Below, piece after piece: positions 50,442 through 62,475 of a stretch of 64,000 nucleotides of DNA. Within the stretch, counting starts at the first letter, position 1, and every line of letters starts with the position of its first letter. The stretch is from Perkinsus olseni (taxonomy: Eukaryota), in assembly GCA_013115125.1 (NCBI GenBank), contig JABANN010000003.1, forward strand, positions 1-64,000. Reading direction: 5' to 3'. The translations under genes and the position numbers were made by a program. The notes under the pieces were generated by a model. It was not told where the DNA came from. It did not search any database and worked only from the letters and a program-made list of their open reading frames with translations.

Positions 50442-52843
50442 TCATGTACTATTCATAGTCGAATCTTGATTCTGCAAGTGACTCGGAGCATCATCAAATA
50501 GCGACTTGAGAACGAAGGCTTCAGCCAGGAGCGTCTCGATCTCGCCTTCCGTCCATCGCGAGGTGGGCACCTTCTGGAACTGGAGGACGCAGCACTAAAA
50601 ACATGCGGATAGATTGAGGGACGTACGAAGAAGAGCATAATCTCGGAGAAGTCCATCTGTTCCAATTGAGGGCCCCAGTGAACCAAGAACGCTGCGCAAA
50701 TGTAAACCATGTATGTCGAGAAGCCATCGTTCTCGGCTATGCAGGTATCCCAAAGTCTCAATGTACCTAAGGCGAGATTAACTAAAAGCTCAAAGCTTCT
50801 GGGCCGGGCAACCGAAGCTCGCAGTCACGTGAAAATGCAAACCTCAGAATGTGTCGAAAAACCGGCGAATCCCACAGACGCTGCCTACATCGAAGAGGCA
50901 GTTCCCTGAGCATGAGGCAGTTGAACCAACGGAATGCTATATGGAGATAATCAATCTGACATAGGCAACACACCGTGAAGAGCAATCCGACCGAAACCAG
51001 CCATCAGGCCGGTATCGGCCACTACCATCTCATCTTCCAAGTGGCTGGCTAACTTCTCATCTACGCGCTTGACGATATCCTTCAACCTTAAAATCAGACG
51101 CTGAATTCCAGGCTGTCCGGGTGTATAGTAATCTTTTATATCCGACAGAACCTAAGCCGAGCGCTACCAGAACGATTCAATTATTTGAGGACTCTGCAAG
51201 GACCCTGACACCACCTATTTACCCGTGACAAGAGCCAGTATGCATCAGATTCCACTTCCATGAGCTCTCTATCACTGAACAACGTCTCGTCATCAACATT
51301 GACATCTTTTATTGGCAGGCCGGCTTTAGCTTGGAGGAGAATCACGACGAACGGCGTGAGAATATCGTTGATTCCCTGAAGACACCCGATTGCATGGCTG
51401 TACAATGCCGATGGAGATACCAGGGCCGCGTCAGAGACCCACACCACCAACCGGTTCCGAACGTCCGAGCGTCACTACCGATAGCCGCCAAACAGACGGC
51501 GTATGGGTCTATCTCTCACTGCTAGGAACACTCCGGGAATGCTCACTCGAGACGTGAAGCATGTAGAAGACACTCCCTTCATACTACTTGAACATAGCCA
51601 GGTGTGGGGTTCCTAGCAGCCCAGATGTATAATATACGCTCCATCATCTTTTGTATCCTTTCTGATGTGAAGATGCTAAGTTCCGAAAACGTTCGCGGGA
51701 TGTCTACCTGAAAGATTTGCTTCTTTAACCTCCGCATACACTAGACAGATGTGGCGCGAAGAACTGGGAGAAATGACGATGGGTAGAACAGACAGCGGCC
51801 CAAAGATGGTCATTTCCCTGTATACCCACACGACGCGCTACGTGCGCTGTCAGAACATTTTTCTCAGCTCGATCAGCGTAACGCATGAGCCTAGTTTTTC
51901 CGGGCCTAGTGGGCGCAGCGTACTACTCGTATTTGCCGAAGACATGCGTATTGTTGTTGCTGTGATGCAGTAGCCGACGCTGGTAGCGTCTCTTCCGTGG
52001 AGAGCGTGAACACATCGGCAAATTCTCGAGTCAGGACCTGTATGAAACGGAAACACGAACTGAGCAGTCACGATGGATTGCTGACCCAGCACGGGACTCC
52101 GAGCGGTCCCCCTCACCCGATATTCTCGTCTCTTCCGATCTATTGCACTCCTCTGCTGTTCCTTCCTAGGCGGCAGGTAGCCCAACGCCAGCTCCCAAGC
52201 TTTGACGCGTACCTTCATGGACTTGATACCAGTCTGACTTAGTATCCGTGTCAATAAGAGCACGAGCGTACACCTACGACCCAATGTTGCGCACGCCGCC
52301 TCGAAGAAATGCTCTTCCCCTCTTCCCCCAGAGACAGTACATCAAAGTCCGAGTCGAACGGGCACCCGGACCATAGAAGTTTGTTAAGCTCATCCATATC
52401 AACCTGATCGCTGTTGATCACTTGCCGCAATTTAAATATCTGACCCAAACTACACATCACTTTCGGCTAATAAGTGAGCTAGACACTTACCCTAGAGGGG
52501 TTGCTGCCAGTGGATGGTAGCATCCCGCCGGTCTCGGAATCTGATGGGAAAGCCTGAATGTGGAACACGTAGAATAGTTGCGCTGGACCCTATACCGGTC
52601 CAACTCTTAAGCCATTACTACCAAGGAACCCGTGTCTGATCGAGTGAGCATTTTCGCAGGCCGTGTGGCGGTCGCTTCTGCTGCTAAGTGATGGCTGTTG
52701 GATCCCCCGGTGAGGTAGTGCCCGAGCCTATTGAGCAGGCTTCCTGAACTTCTACCGCGACGTTGAGCCGATCCTGGAGGCGGTGATTGTGAGCTCGAGG
52801 AAGCGTTTGACTGCCGCTTGCTCCGCTGAAAACCCAAACTCAT
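50442..52843 (-). CDS. TBC1D22: TBC-domain Rab GTPase-activating protein, Gyp1/TBC1D22 subfamily
   Basis: LNKLLWSGCP, VRVKAWELALGYLP, VDIPRT (Arg finger), ILYIWA..PGYVQGINDILTPF (Gln finger), AFRWFNCLMLRE, RLWDTCIAE, LLAEAFVLKSLF. Confidence 0.92.
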
Positions 52844-53179
52844 TTAGAACGCAAACTGCAGGTGTCAATAACGAGCGCAGTGGCCTGGCGAACATCCTGT
52901 CATGCTCTCCAGTAAGCCGAGATCACGATCGAACGTTTGCCTTGCCGACTGCCTCCATCCATTTCCCGCTTTCAAGCTCCAACGAGAAATGATAACGAAG
53001 TATCGCGACTCGACCAGTTGGGTACTCTTCAGCAACACAACACCAAGAGGAACTTTCTTACAAATGAGGTAGGAGTCCGACCATCATCACTCTCCAAAGC
53101 TCTTCTAACCACTCCATGTAATGGCCTAGCCATATAGGCACGGCCTGTACGAGGTATCAAATGTCAAAATCACGCTTCT

Positions 53180-54062
53180 TCATGCTGCAACCTGGGACCG
53201 CGAGAGTCAATGCGAAAGTTGTGCCTTGTAGGGTACCTCTGGCTTGCGCTCCTCTCCGACATGTAATGGCGCGGTCTCAGTCGGGTCTCCATCAGGGACA
53301 TTAAGCGTCGGATAGTTACGGCCGAGGTTAGCGGGGGTCGGTACGACCACAGACGAGTCGAAGACAGGTTGAGTGTAATCTCCTGGGGCTTTATTCATTA
53401 CCTGTACAACAAACAAAGCATCATCTATACCGTTTTTCCAGGGGAAAAAGATCTGAGATGCCCATGGTTTTTTGTCACCTGTTCCCTCGCTTTCTCAATC
53501 TCGCGTTTCTCGGCGAGGAGCCGAGGAAGTTCATCGTCGATAAAATCGAGCACACGCCACTCGATTGCCAGCCCATTGTCCAAGGCAACCTAGAGTGGGG
53601 AAACGGTCAATGCCAAGCACGCTACGCTTCACTCCGAGAAAAAAGTCCGCCAGAGCATTATCTCACTTGCGCCTTCCTTTGCAGATCTTCGTCATAGTCT
53701 CCTATCTCCTCTACCAGTTCCTGATCAGAAAGCAGAATCCGGAGGGACTCACGAACGCAACTAACTTGTAGGTGCCGAGCTGAGAGGTACCTGGTTGAAG
53801 GTGGCTCGGGGCCTCACAATGGTCCTCTGGTCCAACAGTTTAGAAATAGCCATCACACCGGGGTGGTGGATAACAGTCAGTCGCCTCTCCCACCCAAACG
53901 TCGCGAAGACGTCGGGTACCTGGTCAGAACGCCATACAACAACGGACTGGCTAACGCAGCCCAGGGTGCCCCGCTTAACATAACCACTCACAGGCACTTC
54001 TGCCCTACCTGTTCCAGCAAAAACCTGGACCGACGAAGGAGGGAAGCACCACGGATGGCCAT
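53180..54062 (-). CDS. Hypothetical mitochondrial protein
   Basis: Arg-rich presequence MAIRGASLLRRSRFLLEQ; short exons ...DEDLQRKAQVALDNGLAIEWRVLDFIDDELPRLLAEKREIEKAREQVMNKAPGDYTQP... Confidence 0.65.
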
Positions 54063-54336
54063 GTGTTAGAGCACGGAGATGATATGCCGGATTTGTGCAG
54101 CGGTAGGGTACAGATCTGGAGATCTTGCGCGTCTTGCATAACTTAGATTTCCTCAGATTTGCTTGGCACGACTGGGGAATATTTGAGTACAGAAGTTTTG
54201 GGGCCTGTTTAGGGAGTGTCCAACTAATTGGAATCGACGCCGGTATACCATATTACGTATTAAAGTCAATTCTGGAAGCATTCGGGCTCTAAGAAATCTC
54301 AAGATAGGTTCACTTGAGACCCTTTATGTGGTTCCC

Positions 54337-55923
54337 ATGTGGCGGAATGGGATGTCACAGAAAGCAAGAGCGGATTCGGGGAGCTGGGCAGTCTCAAACA
54401 CTATCGAGAACTCCCAGTTTATGTGGTACCTACTCGGCCAATAGATCACTCGTTGCTTTTTACTGCTTTCGGTGAAAGTCAGGGTAACACGTGAGTGAGT
54501 ACTTACGGCTTAGATCCCATAGCGTTGAACAACAGAGCCTGGAGTAGGTCTATCATGAGAACATCGTCGGCATTAGGTTGGATTCCCAACCCTCGCAGGG
54601 TATTTCCCGGTACAATACGAATGATTAATGCAAAATGCCGAGAGATAGCCTTCACGCCGAAATTTGGCGGCGACTTGTGTGAAGACGATGAAGACCCAGC
54701 AGAGCTGGATGAAATTACGAAGGAATACATGCTGGCGCGGCGGTACAATTCCAAGTATGAGCGTTGGACGTAGCAGTCGCTCCATAGCTGCCATTTGTAT
54801 GTCTCTCTGGAGGATCGAGACTTGAGGTTTTGGTCGGCAGCGCCAATAAGGCGAGCAGCCTTGATGCCGCTTAATGCCTTAGCAGCCAGTTTGTTTCCGT
54901 TCATCCTCGAACCCTGGTGTCTAATTGACCCGTCTGATGAGTCTTGTAGGTTAGCGAAGGAGAACGAAGTTCTACAACGTAGGCTTGAGGAGGTCCGTCA
55001 TATGAAGCCGAAATCTCAAGTACGAAAAAACGCATTGAGTTCGTTGACGGCACACTGCGCTAGGTTAATGCCGACGCAGTATATTGGGACTCCTCTGCTC
55101 GGGTGAAGATGCTAGAAGATCAGTTATCGTCCGCACGGTAATGCGTCAGCGTGAACGTATGAATCTTATTGTGCATCACTTCCACAGGGAACTCGAGCGA
55201 ATCCGGCTGGAGCAGTTTGCTCAAGTGCTGAAAGCAGTAGCGCAATTGAAGCCTTCTGTGAACGAACAGGATTGGAGTAGGGCTACAGCTGGTAGGTGCA
55301 CTTAAGAACCCGCATAGATAGTGACGTTCGCATCGAATGCTTCGATGACCTTCAGAAATTACGGCAATTTTGCGGACGTGCCCTCTCCACCTTGCGTCCC
55401 CGACACAAGATGGGAAAGATAGCGACCACACAGAGCAATGCGAGGTCCACGCATTTTGGGATGCGGCTAGGATGAATTATCCGGAATCTTAGGTGTCTTC
55501 TATTTCAACCGAGCCTGAAATAACGAGTCGGCACCCGCAAGAACTTCTCGAAGGGCTCGGAGGCATTGTGGGCGGGTAACTCACCACCTGACTAGCGTGC
55601 AACATAACCTGAGAGGTTCTGTCCAACGCAGGATTCCAGCTGAGCCATCTGACGAGCACCCTCATAGTCCGCTCGTGGCAAGGTTAGAGGCTATGATCTC
55701 GAGAGTGGACCGCACGCTTCGACTTGTTGAAAGATCGCAGACTGTTTTACTGGAGGAGACGCATAAGGCAGCTGACCGGCTCAGCGCGTGGAGACCGATG
55801 TTATATGCCAGTAGATCTTCCGAACGATATAGTATGAATCAATGTGAACGGCACGAGAAGGATACTCGCCCGGTTTCGAAGTGGAAACCGGTGCTATATA
55901 GCAGGCCCCAGGCAGGAGTCTAG
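54337..55923 (+). CDS. Hypothetical coiled-coil protein
   Basis: Exons with heptad character (LAKENEVLQRRLEEV, VKMLEDQL..ELERIRLE, LVARLEAMISRVDRTLRLV). Start uncertain. Confidence 0.5.
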
Positions 55924-56439
55924 TACTCTCCGTTGTATTTGACCGACCTTTATTGGTGTGAGCTGTGTATTCATATTGGATACTGAAGTCGATAAGTAGC
56001 TGACTTGACCCATGTCTGATCAATTCGATTTCTGGAATATGATGTCTATCGATTTTATAGCATGACGGGGATTAAAGGAAATGGGTGCGGTTAGTTAATA
56101 TGGTCGCGATGGTTGTCGTGGATATGGCATTGCTCTCGACAGTCGCGAGCCCTTCTACTTCTCGTTGACAATCACCTCGGCGGATGTGGCAGTCATTGCG
56201 GCCAGAGTTCGTCGAGAACGATGACACCGATCGTTGGTCGCTGTGGTCGGCAGCAGGAACTTGCGCTGCAAGTCATATCATACCGTGTCTCCCTGCGCAA
56301 AGCTCTGGGCACCACAGCTACGGCTACCCCAGCCAATCGTCTCATAATCATTGAACATCGTAGTCTTCGGTCTTGTGCTATTCGGCTGGCTCTCGACTCT
56401 ATACTCCTTTTCGCAGCTCTTTCTTCTATTTTACTAAAC

Positions 56440-58209
56440 ATGCTTTCTTTCACATTGGCCCTTCTGGCCTCGACTGGGCTCAGTGCAACCGCCGCACCTC
56501 CGTCTGCTCCTCGCGACCGTCTAGATCACGATCACTGTACGGCTACTGCCGTTGACTGTGCAGCCACTGCTGATGGTGGTTGCATAGCCGCGACTAGTGC
56601 TGACGGAAGTCCTCTTGATTTCCGTATGGTTCATGTCCCCCCGAAGACGTACGGGCCAGGCGAGAAGAGAGCTGTTTACAAGCAGTTTCAGAACTACCCG
56701 AGGATCGTCGATGCCTCCCGAGCCCCGAGTTATGCGCCAACCTCGCCCGATCAGAAGCCTAGTATACCTATTGGTTACATCGATATGCCTGAGGGCACGA
56801 CTTACGGCTACTGGGATGCCGCTTATGGTGTCATGAATGAGGCTGGCTTGTCAATGGGTGAAAGCAGCTGTAGCGGTCGCTTGAGCTCTGTTCCCAAGGG
56901 AGACGGGCCGGACGGCAGCGGTGCTCTATTCTGGGTCGGTGAGCTGTCTGACATCGCTCTCGAAGTTTGCTCGACTGCTAGGTGTGCCATCCAGACCATG
57001 GGAAAGCTGGCTGAGGAGCATGGTTTCTATGGTTCTGTCGGTGTGAAGGAGGCTGGTGAGGCTTTGACCATTGCCGATGGTACCGAGGTTTGGGTATTCC
57101 ACATCTTACCTGATGATACTGCCGAAGGAGCAGTGTGGGCCGCTGAGAGAGTCCCCAAGGGTCATGCAACTATAGTTCCTAACGTCTTCGTTATCCGAGA
57201 GATCGATCCGACTGACGGCGACAACTTCATGTTCTCTGACAACATCTTCGATATTGCTTTGAGACTTGGCTGGTGGAATGGTGAAGGACTTCTGGACTTC
57301 GCCGCCACCTACAGTGTTAGTGAATACAACAACCCCTACTACTCTGGCCGTCGTGTGTGGAGAGGTCTTTCTCTCTTCGCCCCCTCGCTCAATCTTGACC
57401 CTACTCTTGGCGTCGAATGGGACCATCCAACTTACCCGTTCTCGGTGGAGCCGGATGAGCCTGTTACAATCGACTTCATGAAGCGTCTATACAGGGATCA
57501 TATGGAGGGCACAGCTTACGATCTGACTGATCATGTCGTTGCTGGTGGGCCTTTCAAGACTCCCAATAGATATGCCGGTGGCCGTGCTGAAGCTACTTTC
57601 CAGCATGGTGCTTGGGAAAGGGCCATCTCTCTCTATCGTACTATGTATTCTTACATTTGTGTCACGTACAAGGACTACAATGTTATCTACTTCGCACCTA
57701 TGACACCCCATGCAAGTGTCTATATCCCGATCATTGTGAAGCACGATCAGACTGTCAAGTCCATTCCCGCTCTTGAGAACGCTTGGCAAGGAGAGTTCAG
57801 CACCAAGTCTCTCTGGTGGGCTTCTGAGGCGGTTTCTAATGTCATGGATCTGAAGTACATGTATATGGTCAACGATGTCAGGAAGGCCCAGTATGAGATT
57901 GAGCACCAGGTTGATGTGATGATGAGCACTAAGACCCCGGACGAGGTCGAGACAGAAATGGATGGATTCGGCGACTATGTCACTGAGAAGTGGTTGAATC
58001 TGCATTATACTCTCCTCGGAAAGTATCAGAACGGTTACTCTGATTGGGGTTATACTAAGGTCGGTTATGGTCCGTCCACCGAGTGGCTCCGTGCTGCCGG
58101 CTTCCAGGACTTTGATGCTACTCCGGAGCAGTTTGCCGCTCTGAGACATCGGTATACTGAGACTCAAAAGGAGGCCGATGAGATCCGAAATTCTGCTTTG
58201 GGTGCGTAA
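56440..58209 (+). CDS. Peptidase family C69 dipeptidase (Ntn-hydrolase), intronless, with signal peptide
   Basis: Signal peptide MLSFTLALLASTGLSATA; H-CTATAV nucleophile Cys; MNEAGLSMGESS; ARCAIQTMGKLAEEHGF; GEALTIADGTEVWVFHI; YSGRRVW; AGGPFKTPNRY; WERAISLYRT. Confidence 0.92.
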   Translation: MLSFTLALLASTGLSATAAPPSAPRDRLDHDHCTATAVDCAATADGGCIAATSADGSPLDFRMVHVPPKTYGPGEKRAVYKQFQNYPRIVDASRAPSYAPTSPDQKPSIPIGYIDMPEGTTYGYWDAAYGVMNEAGLSMGESSCSGRLSSVPKGDGPDGSGALFWVGELSDIALEVCSTARCAIQTMGKLAEEHGFYGSVGVKEAGEALTIADGTEVWVFHILPDDTAEGAVWAAERVPKGHATIVPNVFVIREIDPTDGDNFMFSDNIFDIALRLGWWNGEGLLDFAATYSVSEYNNPYYSGRRVWRGLSLFAPSLNLDPTLGVEWDHPTYPFSVEPDEPVTIDFMKRLYRDHMEGTAYDLTDHVVAGGPFKTPNRYAGGRAEATFQHGAWERAISLYRTMYSYICVTYKDYNVIYFAPMTPHASVYIPIIVKHDQTVKSIPALENAWQGEFSTKSLWWASEAVSNVMDLKYMYMVNDVRKAQYEIEHQVDVMMSTKTPDEVETEMDGFGDYVTEKWLNLHYTLLGKYQNGYSDWGYTKVGYGPSTEWLRAAGFQDFDATPEQFAALRHRYTETQKEADEIRNSALGA

Positions 58210-58556
58210 GTTAACAATCATTTTACAACTTTTGAAGCTCTAGAGGTTCTGCTCTATCGGATATACGATGGGACCGAATGGTTTGTTCGAACAGCCATTA
58301 GGTCCAATGCGTTGACAAGGCGCGTATTCTCTGCTATTGCTATCTTCATCGCTAATTATTGTTTAAGCTGAACTTGATTCAGTAGGAGATGTTTCTCCAG
58401 AGTGGCCGAGGCGAGTTTTGAGTTAACGTGTAGTCAAGGGCTAGATATCCGTTGGTGAGCTGTCTTTCTCCCGACCACGCTCGGCCGTAGGACCGGTTGA
58501 GAGTAAGGGCAGGTCACAGGTCCAGGATGAAATGAGAGTGTTGTTATTCATACCCA

Positions 58557-61500
58557 ATGGTTCAACAGAAAAACCTAACGGCTCTAGTCAAGGAAATTAG
58601 AGCTCGACAGCAAGGTCACGGTGTCGGTGACAAACACTACATCACCCAATGCATCGGAGAAATCCAGAGGGAACTTTCACAGCCGAATGTGGTGGTGAAG
58701 AGCACCGCTGTCCTTAAAATGGCATACGTGAGATCTCTGTTGCAGAAGCAGTAGGTATGGGTGCGCCCCTTCTCAGCTCTGTGCCCAGGGACACGACCTG
58801 TCCTCCTTGGCATTCGAAGTCCTTGAGGTGATGCATAGACCATCATAGTTGGACGGGTTGAGCATACAGGGGTGCTGCCATGCAGGTCATGTCGGCCACA
58901 GGCTTCGAACTCAAGCGGCCGGGCTTCCTTGCTGCGTGTATCTGCTTCGATGGGAATACTGAAGCTGCTCTTTTGGCGGTGAACCTGTTCAAGAAGGTAC
59001 TTCCAGGTTTCATTCAGGAGGCTCCTGAAGGTCTATCTGGTTAGGGTCTGTCAAACCCCAGAGCGTCTGTGGTTGAGAAAGGCGCCCTTCTTACAACTCT
59101 CGCTTGCATTGCAACGCAGGATATGGCCAGAGATGTCGGAGAGCACGAAGTGAGCTCAGTATAGGGTACTGACTACAGTGCAAGGATCCTGGAAGGTTAT
59201 GAAGTTACTGGCTACCCCCAATCCCTACCTCCGGAAGAAGGCGGTACTCTGCACGTTCCGTTTGTGCGAAAAGTACCCACAACTTCTGCACAGCGCTTTC
59301 CCAAAGTTCAAGTGCGCAAACGAGTTGTTGAGAGAATCTGTGACGTGTTCGTGTGTTCCTTTAGGGATCTGCTCTCTGATGAAGATCAGGGAGTTCTCAC
59401 TGCAACAGTCACCGCAGTCACAGAAATCGCGGCAAGGAGCCCCAGGAACTGTCTGGTGGGGAGGGGCGACCGTACCTTGCTACGTGAACTCCGTTTCTTC
59501 GCAGATCCTGGTACCACAATTGTGGCATCTCTTGGTCAACACCCGCAACAATTGGCTCACCATAAAACTTCTGAAGCTCTTTCGACTTCTATGTCCTGTG
59601 GAGGATAGACTGCCGGGGAAGCTGGTGGGTGCCACTCAGCCTTCCTGACGGGAGTCCGCGCTATTCCTCAGGCGAAACCACTCATCAATCTCCTACAGAG
59701 CACGAAGGCAAAGTCCGTTGAGGTGGAGTGCATTCTCACAGGGATTGACTTCCTTCCTCTCGAACACGAGGCCATAGAGGGAGAATGCCTACCAAGGCTG
59801 AAGGACTTGTTGACCAGCGTCGATAGAAACCTCCGTTTTCTTGCTCTCGGCATGCTGGAGAGGTAGAAGTATCCTCTCACATTCGCGGTACTCCAAAGTA
59901 AGGTTCCTAGTGAGGCATCGAGAGGGAAGTGGTACTGAGAATAAAGGAAATATTTGGCACCCCTTCATCGTGGAAGGACTGAAAGATGTCCACGACAAAT
60001 CGATTCGGTAGTCAGCTTGACTTCCACCTCCGTGCAGCTCCAGGATGCATCATCCGTGTATAGCCGGCTGTCGCTGCGAATACTCAACTTGATAATCTCC
60101 TCGGAGAATCTCCAGACGATGGTGGAAGCGCTGTTACTCAACGACGTTGAGCAGACAGGAAGTAGCAGCAGCAGTTCGAAACAACTTCCTCGCGTACGCT
60201 GTCTGAGGTACCGACGATGCTTCGCTGGATGAAGGCGGCACCGTCTCAGAGGACATGAAAGATGACTTCGTGAGGACGATTCTCAAAGTGCGGTTGTGTC
60301 CCTCCAGCGTTTGCCTAAGAGCTTTCTCTGTAGCTATGTTCTCGAGAGCGCTATGCGCTGGTGGAAGACTTTGGTTGGTACTTGTTGATGCTGGTCAAAT
60401 GTGCCGCCAAAGTCTCTACGCGGGATGTGACGAGCAGAGAGATTGCTCGGCAATTCATGGACATCTGCGACGGAGTCGAGCAGGTTGCCATTCCATTGCT
60501 TCTCCCTCTGGTGCGGCTATGGTTTGCCCGCAGGTCCGTGGCTACGGAGTGACGCTAGCGTGTTCGCTGCTGAACTCAGCTGTCGCCTCTGATGTGCATT
60601 CGCTCGAACCCCCGGAACCTAACTCGGACGAAGTAGGGCCTGTGAGGCTCCTCTCATGTTCCTGAAGCTGTTCAGGAACGTGGGACGGAACGGAACTGGG
60701 TACTGTCTTGCCCGCATTTCTTGCGGTGCTGCATGTGGGTAGTTGGGAGGTATCTGTATCGCGCCCGGGCAACCTCCACAATGGACAACCAAAGCGATGT
60801 TGATCCCACGAGGGCTATCATCGAAGTACCTGGACATAGCGGCCCGCCGTGCCATTCTGTAGACGGGCCTCTGTCTCAGCTCTCAAGGACCGGACCAGAC
60901 TTAACGCTGGATGGTATTTGGGCTGCATTTCACATTGCAGCCAACGCAAAGGCGTCTGGGAATCCGAATGCAACGGAACAGGTGAGGCTCTACTGTGTTT
61001 GGAAGCTTAAACGAAAGATCGTTTTGGCAGATATCCTGTCTGTATGGGCAGACCCTCCCAGCTCTGCGGGCGCTGGCCAGAAAACATCGATGTGCTCTAG
61101 ATGTCTCTCTGGAATCTGAGTCGGAGTTAATTACGCATGTGATGGATGCATTAGTACTAGCGAGGAAGCGCGCTTTCTATGCAGCATACGCGTAGGTTGC
61201 GGCGGACACGGGCCTAGCTGAGAAGCTTTTTCCCGCCGCGGAGCACCTGCCTGAGCCTCCGAAGCTTGTTGCGATCGACCTAACGACTCCACTAATCTCC
61301 TTACCTCCGGAGATGTTAAGAGATGATAAAACATCGGCCTTTGGCGCCCGAGGGGTCTATACACTTGTGGACGGCACTCGCTTGGTTGGCCGCCAGGCCA
61401 GTGTTGCTCATGGCGTTGCCTCCCATCGCATGGACAGTCAGGTAGGGTGTGTCTAGCTCGCGCTTGAGTTCATAACGCTCATTCTTGCTCTTGTGCTCAG

Positions 61501-61774
61501 TCGCATCTCTCCACTTCGTCAGAGTACAGCAGCCGTCATACGAGCCCTACGCTAGAAGCTTCCCTCAGGGCATGCCCTAGTCGGGTGGATCCCCTAGCAG
61601 ACCTCCCGCAAGCTCCGAAGAACATCACGTACACCATGTCTCGGTGATTCTTTTCCATCCATGAGTATATCATGTCATGATTTCCTCTTCGATACCTATT
61701 AAGGTCGTTGTGTAGCATACGATGTGGGGACTCATACGAAAAGGGCACAGGCTGCGCCGCGCGGCCAATCCTGA
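58557..61774 (+). CDS. AP3D1: AP-3 complex subunit delta
   Basis: QKNLTALVKEIRA, KSTAVLKMAY, PYLRKKAVL, NNWLTIKLLKLFRLLCPVEDRLPGKL, STKAKSVEVECI, DRNLRFLAL, EDFGWYL. 3' end approximate. Confidence 0.88.
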
Positions 61775-62475
61775 AGGTTAGTGTTAAAGCGATTTTTGTC
61801 TTCGGGACCGATCGGACCGATCGTCCCCGCCCGCTCACGCTATTTGCCGGGCCGGGAATAAATTCAACTTGAGTCCCGACCGAGTATTCGAGTTCGAACC
61901 CTAGGTTACGCTCGTTCAGTGAGCGACGTCCACATTATTGAACAAGAATGCTGAATCGCTCGGCGTCAATTGCATTAACCTAGTCAAGAGCCCGCCTGCT
62001 TCAGAGATAATCTCAGACCTGCTGCTTCGTGTTGAAGATGGATCGACCCATTTTGCCGTTTTGTGTTGCGAGTTGTCTACTTCGGATTCCCGGGTTGGAA
62101 GACGGACGCTAGCCCACAGGGATCTTGGGATGTCTCGAGTTCGCTGCTCCTCGTTAAGAATGTGCCACCCTCGTGGAGTTCAGCAAAGTGGTGATTGTAA
62201 CGCCGTCGCGGTGAATGGTAGAGCTGCACCGCGTGGCGGGTGAATATAGCTGCATCAAGCGCGGATGGAACCGGCGGGCATTCGCTCGGTGCAGGCGCTG
62301 AGATGAGCGTGGGGGTTCGGTCGGTTGTGCGCTAATAAAAGGCGAGTTCCTAGTCGCATCACAGTCCTGCATTGACACACTACCGAGACGCGAGTGCGCC
62401 GGTTGCAGTTGTCTTATCGGAATGGAGTTGACAATCACCTCATCAAGTTCTTTTTTCTTGGACTTCCGTTCAACA

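Noticed and set aside
54934-54970. CTGATGAGTC resembling a hammerhead ribozyme core
   Set aside because: No closing stem II followed by GAAA; it is an intron 3' end.
56113-56439. 109-codon N-terminal extension of the C69 ORF in the track
   Set aside because: Non-ATG start; the ATG at 56440 follows an acceptor-like AG tract and begins a clean signal peptide.
56300-56440. Spliced-leader relic upstream of intronless genes
   Set aside because: No CCGTAGCCAT-like sequence was found by eye here or elsewhere in the window.
57487-58221. 244-aa antisense ORF, and similar shadow ORFs such as 21015-21584 and 43995-44699
   Set aside because: They mirror well-supported genes on the opposite strand and show no independent protein features.
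61805-61822. 9-bp tandem GGACCGATC x2
   Set aside because: Simple duplication without the inverted middle; uninformative alone.
61880-61910. GTTCGAACCC B-box / tRNA T-loop-like motif
   Set aside because: No T-stem pairing or cloverleaf.
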